Assembly (NCBI GenBank): GCA_030390025.1
Contig: JASTWF010000327.1
Location: 248,001 to 312,000, forward strand
From: Squalus acanthias
Taxonomy: Eukaryota
Reading direction: 5' to 3'
Length of the DNA stretch: 64,000 bases
Shown: positions 61,016 to 64,000 of the stretch, piece by piece
How the letters are laid out: each line of letters begins with the position of its first letter
Numbering within the stretch: position 1 is the stretch's first letter
The notes under the pieces: model-generated
Databases searched by the model: none
What the model saw: only the letters and a program-made list of their open reading frames with translations
Told to the model about the DNA's origin: nothing
Translations under genes and position numbers: made by a program

Positions 61016-64000
61016 AGAGGAGGTCATAGATAGAAGCTTCAGGGATGTAATTACTCCAAAGCATGAAGATAGATGGGTGACGGTGAGAGGGGCTAGGAGG
61101 AAGCAGTCAGTGGTCGTTCCCCTCAGTAACAGGTATACCACTTTGAATACTGTTGAGGGGGACGACTTACCAGTGGTAAGCCATGGTGACCAGATCTCCG
61201 GCGCTGGGTCCGTCCCTGTGGCTCAGAAGGGAAGGGGGGAGAGCAGGAGAGTAATAGTTATTGGGGACTCAATAGTCAGAGGGACAGATAGGAGGTTCTG
61301 TGGCAGCAAAAGAGACTCACGGATGGTATGTTGCCTCCCGGGTGCCAGGGTCCGTGACGTCTCGGACCGTGTTTTCAGAATCCTCAAAGGGGAAGGGGAA
61401 CAATCACAAGTCGTGGTACACATCGGTACCAACGACATAGGTAGGAGAAGGGACGGGGATTTAAAACAGGAATTTAGGGAGCTAGGTTGGAAGCTGAGAG
61501 CCAGTACAAACCATGTTGTAATTTCTGGTTTGTTGCCGGTGCCACGTGCTAGCGAGTTGAGGAACAGGGAGAGAGTGCAGATAAACACGTGGCTGCAGGG
61601 ATGGTGTAGCGGGGAGGGTTTCAGTTATGTGGATAATTGGAGCACATTCTGGGGAAGGTGGGACCTGTACAAACAGGACGGTTTGCACCTGAACCAGAGG
61701 GGCACCAATATCCTGGGAGGGAAATTTGCTACGGCTCTTCGGGGGGGTTTAAACTAATTTGTCAGGGGGATGGGAAAAAGGGCTGTAGTCCAGGAGCCAG
61801 TGGTGAGTGTAGGGAGGTACTGAGGAGGGTATCAAGGTCGCAGGAATGTACCGGCAGACAGGAAGATGGCTTGAAGTGTGTCTACTTCAATGCAAGGAGC
61901 ATCCGGAATAAGGTAGGAGAACTTGGAGCATGGATTGGTACTTGGGACTACGATGTGGTGGCCATTACGGAGACATGGTTAGAACAGGGACAGGAATGGT
62001 TGTTGGAAGTTCCGGGGTATAGATGTTTCAGTAAGAGTAGGGAAGTTGGTAAGAAAGGTGGAGGAGTAGCATTGTTAATCAAGGATAGTTTAACAGCGGC
62101 AGAAAGGCAGTTCGAGGGGGATCTGCCGTCTGAGGTAATATGGGCTGAAGTTAGAAATAGGAAAGGAGCGGTCACGTTGTTAGGAGTTTTCTACAGGCCC
62201 CCAAATAGTAATAGAGATGTGGAGGAAGAAATTGCAAAGCAGATTATGAATAGGTGTGGAGGTCACAGAGTAGTTGTCATGGGTGACTTCAACTTTCCAA
62301 ATATTGATTGGAACCTTTATAGGTCAAACAGTTCGGATGGGATAGTTTTTGCACAGTGTGTGCAGGAGGGTTTCCTGACACAATATGTGGATAGGCCGAC
62401 AAGAGCTGGGGCCACGTTGGATTTGGTACTGGGTAATGAACCGGGCCAAGTGTTTGATTTGTATGTGGGAGAGCACTTTGGAGATAGTGACCACAATTCG
62501 GTAACTTTCACTATTGCAATGGAGAGGGATAGGGCCATACAGCAGGGCAGGGTTTATAATTGGGGGAGGGGTAATTATGATGCGATTAGGCAAGAATTAG
62601 GGAGTATAAGATGGGAACAGAAACTATCAGGGAAAGGCACAAACGAAAAGTGGAGCTTTTTCATGGAGCAATTACTGCATGTCCTTGATAGGTATGTCCC
62701 TGTCAGGCAGGGAGGAAATGGCTGAGTGAGAGAACCATGGTTCACAAAAGAGGTTGAATGTCTAGTCAAGAGGAAAAAGGAAGCGTATGTAAGGATGAGA
62801 AAACAAGGTTCAATTGGGTCGATTGAGGGGTACAAGGTAGCAAGGAATGAGCTAAAAAAAGAGCTTAGGAGAGCTAGGAGGGGGCATGAGAAGTCCTTGG
62901 CGGGTCAGATCAAGAAAAACCCCAAGGCCTTTTACTCTTATGTGAGAAATAAAAGAATGACCAGGGTGAGGGTAGGGCCGGTCAAGGACAGTAGTGGGAA
63001 CTTGTGCATGGAGTCAGAAGAGATAGGAGAGGTGATGAATGAATACTTTTCGTCAGTGTTCACCGAGGAGAGGGGCCATGTTCTTGAGGATGAGAGTGTG
63101 ATAAAGGTGGATAGGCTGGAGATGGTAGATGTTCTGAGGGAAGATGTTTTAGCAATTTTGAAGAACCTGAGGGCCGATAAGTCCCCTGGACCAGATGGGA
63201 TATATCCTAGGATTCTTTGGGAGGCAAGGGAGGAGATTGCAGAGCCTCTGGCTTTGATCTTTGGGTCCTCACTGTCCACGGGAATGGTGCCAGAGGACTG
63301 GAGAGTGGCGAATGTTGTTCCTCTCTTCAAGAAAGGAAATAGGAATGACCCTGGTAATTATAGGCCGGTTAGTCTTACTTCGGTGGTTGGTAAGATAATG
63401 GAAAAGGTCCTGAGGGATAGGATTTATGACCATTTGGAAAGGGGCAACTTAATCAGGGATAGTCAACACGAATTCGTGAAGGGTAAGTCTTGCCTAACAA
63501 ATTTGATTGAATTCTTTGAGGAGGTAACTAAATGTGTAGATGAAGGTAGAGCAGTTGATGTCGTATACATGGATTTTAGTAAGGCGTTTGATAAGGTTCC
63601 CCATGGTCGGCTCATGAAGAAAGTAAGGAGTTGTGGGATAGAGGGAAATTTGGCCGATTGGATAAGTAACTGGCTATCTCATAGAAGGCAGAGGGTGGTG
63701 GTGGATGGAACATTTTCGGACTGGAGACCAGTTACCAGCGGTGTGCCACAGGGGTCGGTGCTGGGTCCTCTGCTGTTTGTGATTTTTATCAATGACTTGG
63801 AGGAGGGGACTGAAGGGTGGATCAGTAAATTTGCTGATGACACCAAGATTGGTGGAGCAGTGGATGAGGTGGAGGGCTGTTGTAGGCTGCAAAGAGACAT
63901 TGATAGGATGCAGAGCTGGGCCGAAAAATGGCAGATGGAATTTAACCCTGATAAGTGCGAGGTGATTCATTTTGGTAGGGCAAATTTGAATAAGGATTAC
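61016..64000 (+). mobile_element. Young CR1 LINE: ORF1 C-terminal SGNH-esterase domain (to 61757) and ORF2 APE-RT with one nonsense codon at 62723; runs off the window
   Basis: GDSIVR, GTND, DGLHLN esterase motifs; NARSIRNK, AITETW, YRPPNS, GDFN, SDH APE motifs; RT motifs to FADD ~63830. Confidence 0.93.

Noticed and set aside
61077..61757. Host esterase gene
   Set aside because: SGNH domain is the known CR1 ORF1 component, directly followed by APE-RT

Overview
Vertebrate genomic DNA, most likely a cartilaginous fish (shark): it carries a V-SINE of the HE1 type, a DeuSINE, abundant CR1 LINEs and Penelope elements. The window is a rapidly evolving cluster of C2H2 zinc-finger (ZNF) genes with no recognisable KRAB/SCAN/BTB domain. 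There are ten finger arrays: five intact (31189+, 40315-, 47103+, 51974-, 59197+), one split by a SINE (20389+) and four pseudogenes, plus a small fragment at ~34175. They were built by direct and inverted segmental duplication and share promoter, intron, 3'UTR and downstream modules. Between them lie many nested CR1, L2 and Penelope insertions, a ~7.8 kb 67-bp satellite with higher-order structure, and a family of 39-bp minisatellites. Highlights: (1) a palindromic bidirectional promoter whose mirrored arms each carry a putative first exon and splice donor for divergent ZNF loci; (2) a canonical U_UUA_AAC -1 slippery site joining CR1 ORF1 to an ATG-less ORF2; (3) minimal hammerhead ribozyme motifs in Penelope repeats; (4) a SINE tail that restores a broken finger and supplies an in-frame ATG; (5) recent finger multiplication with variation at a DNA-contact residue; (6) a satellite array whose paralogous site has a single monomer. 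Coordinates were read by eye, so element edges are approximate.
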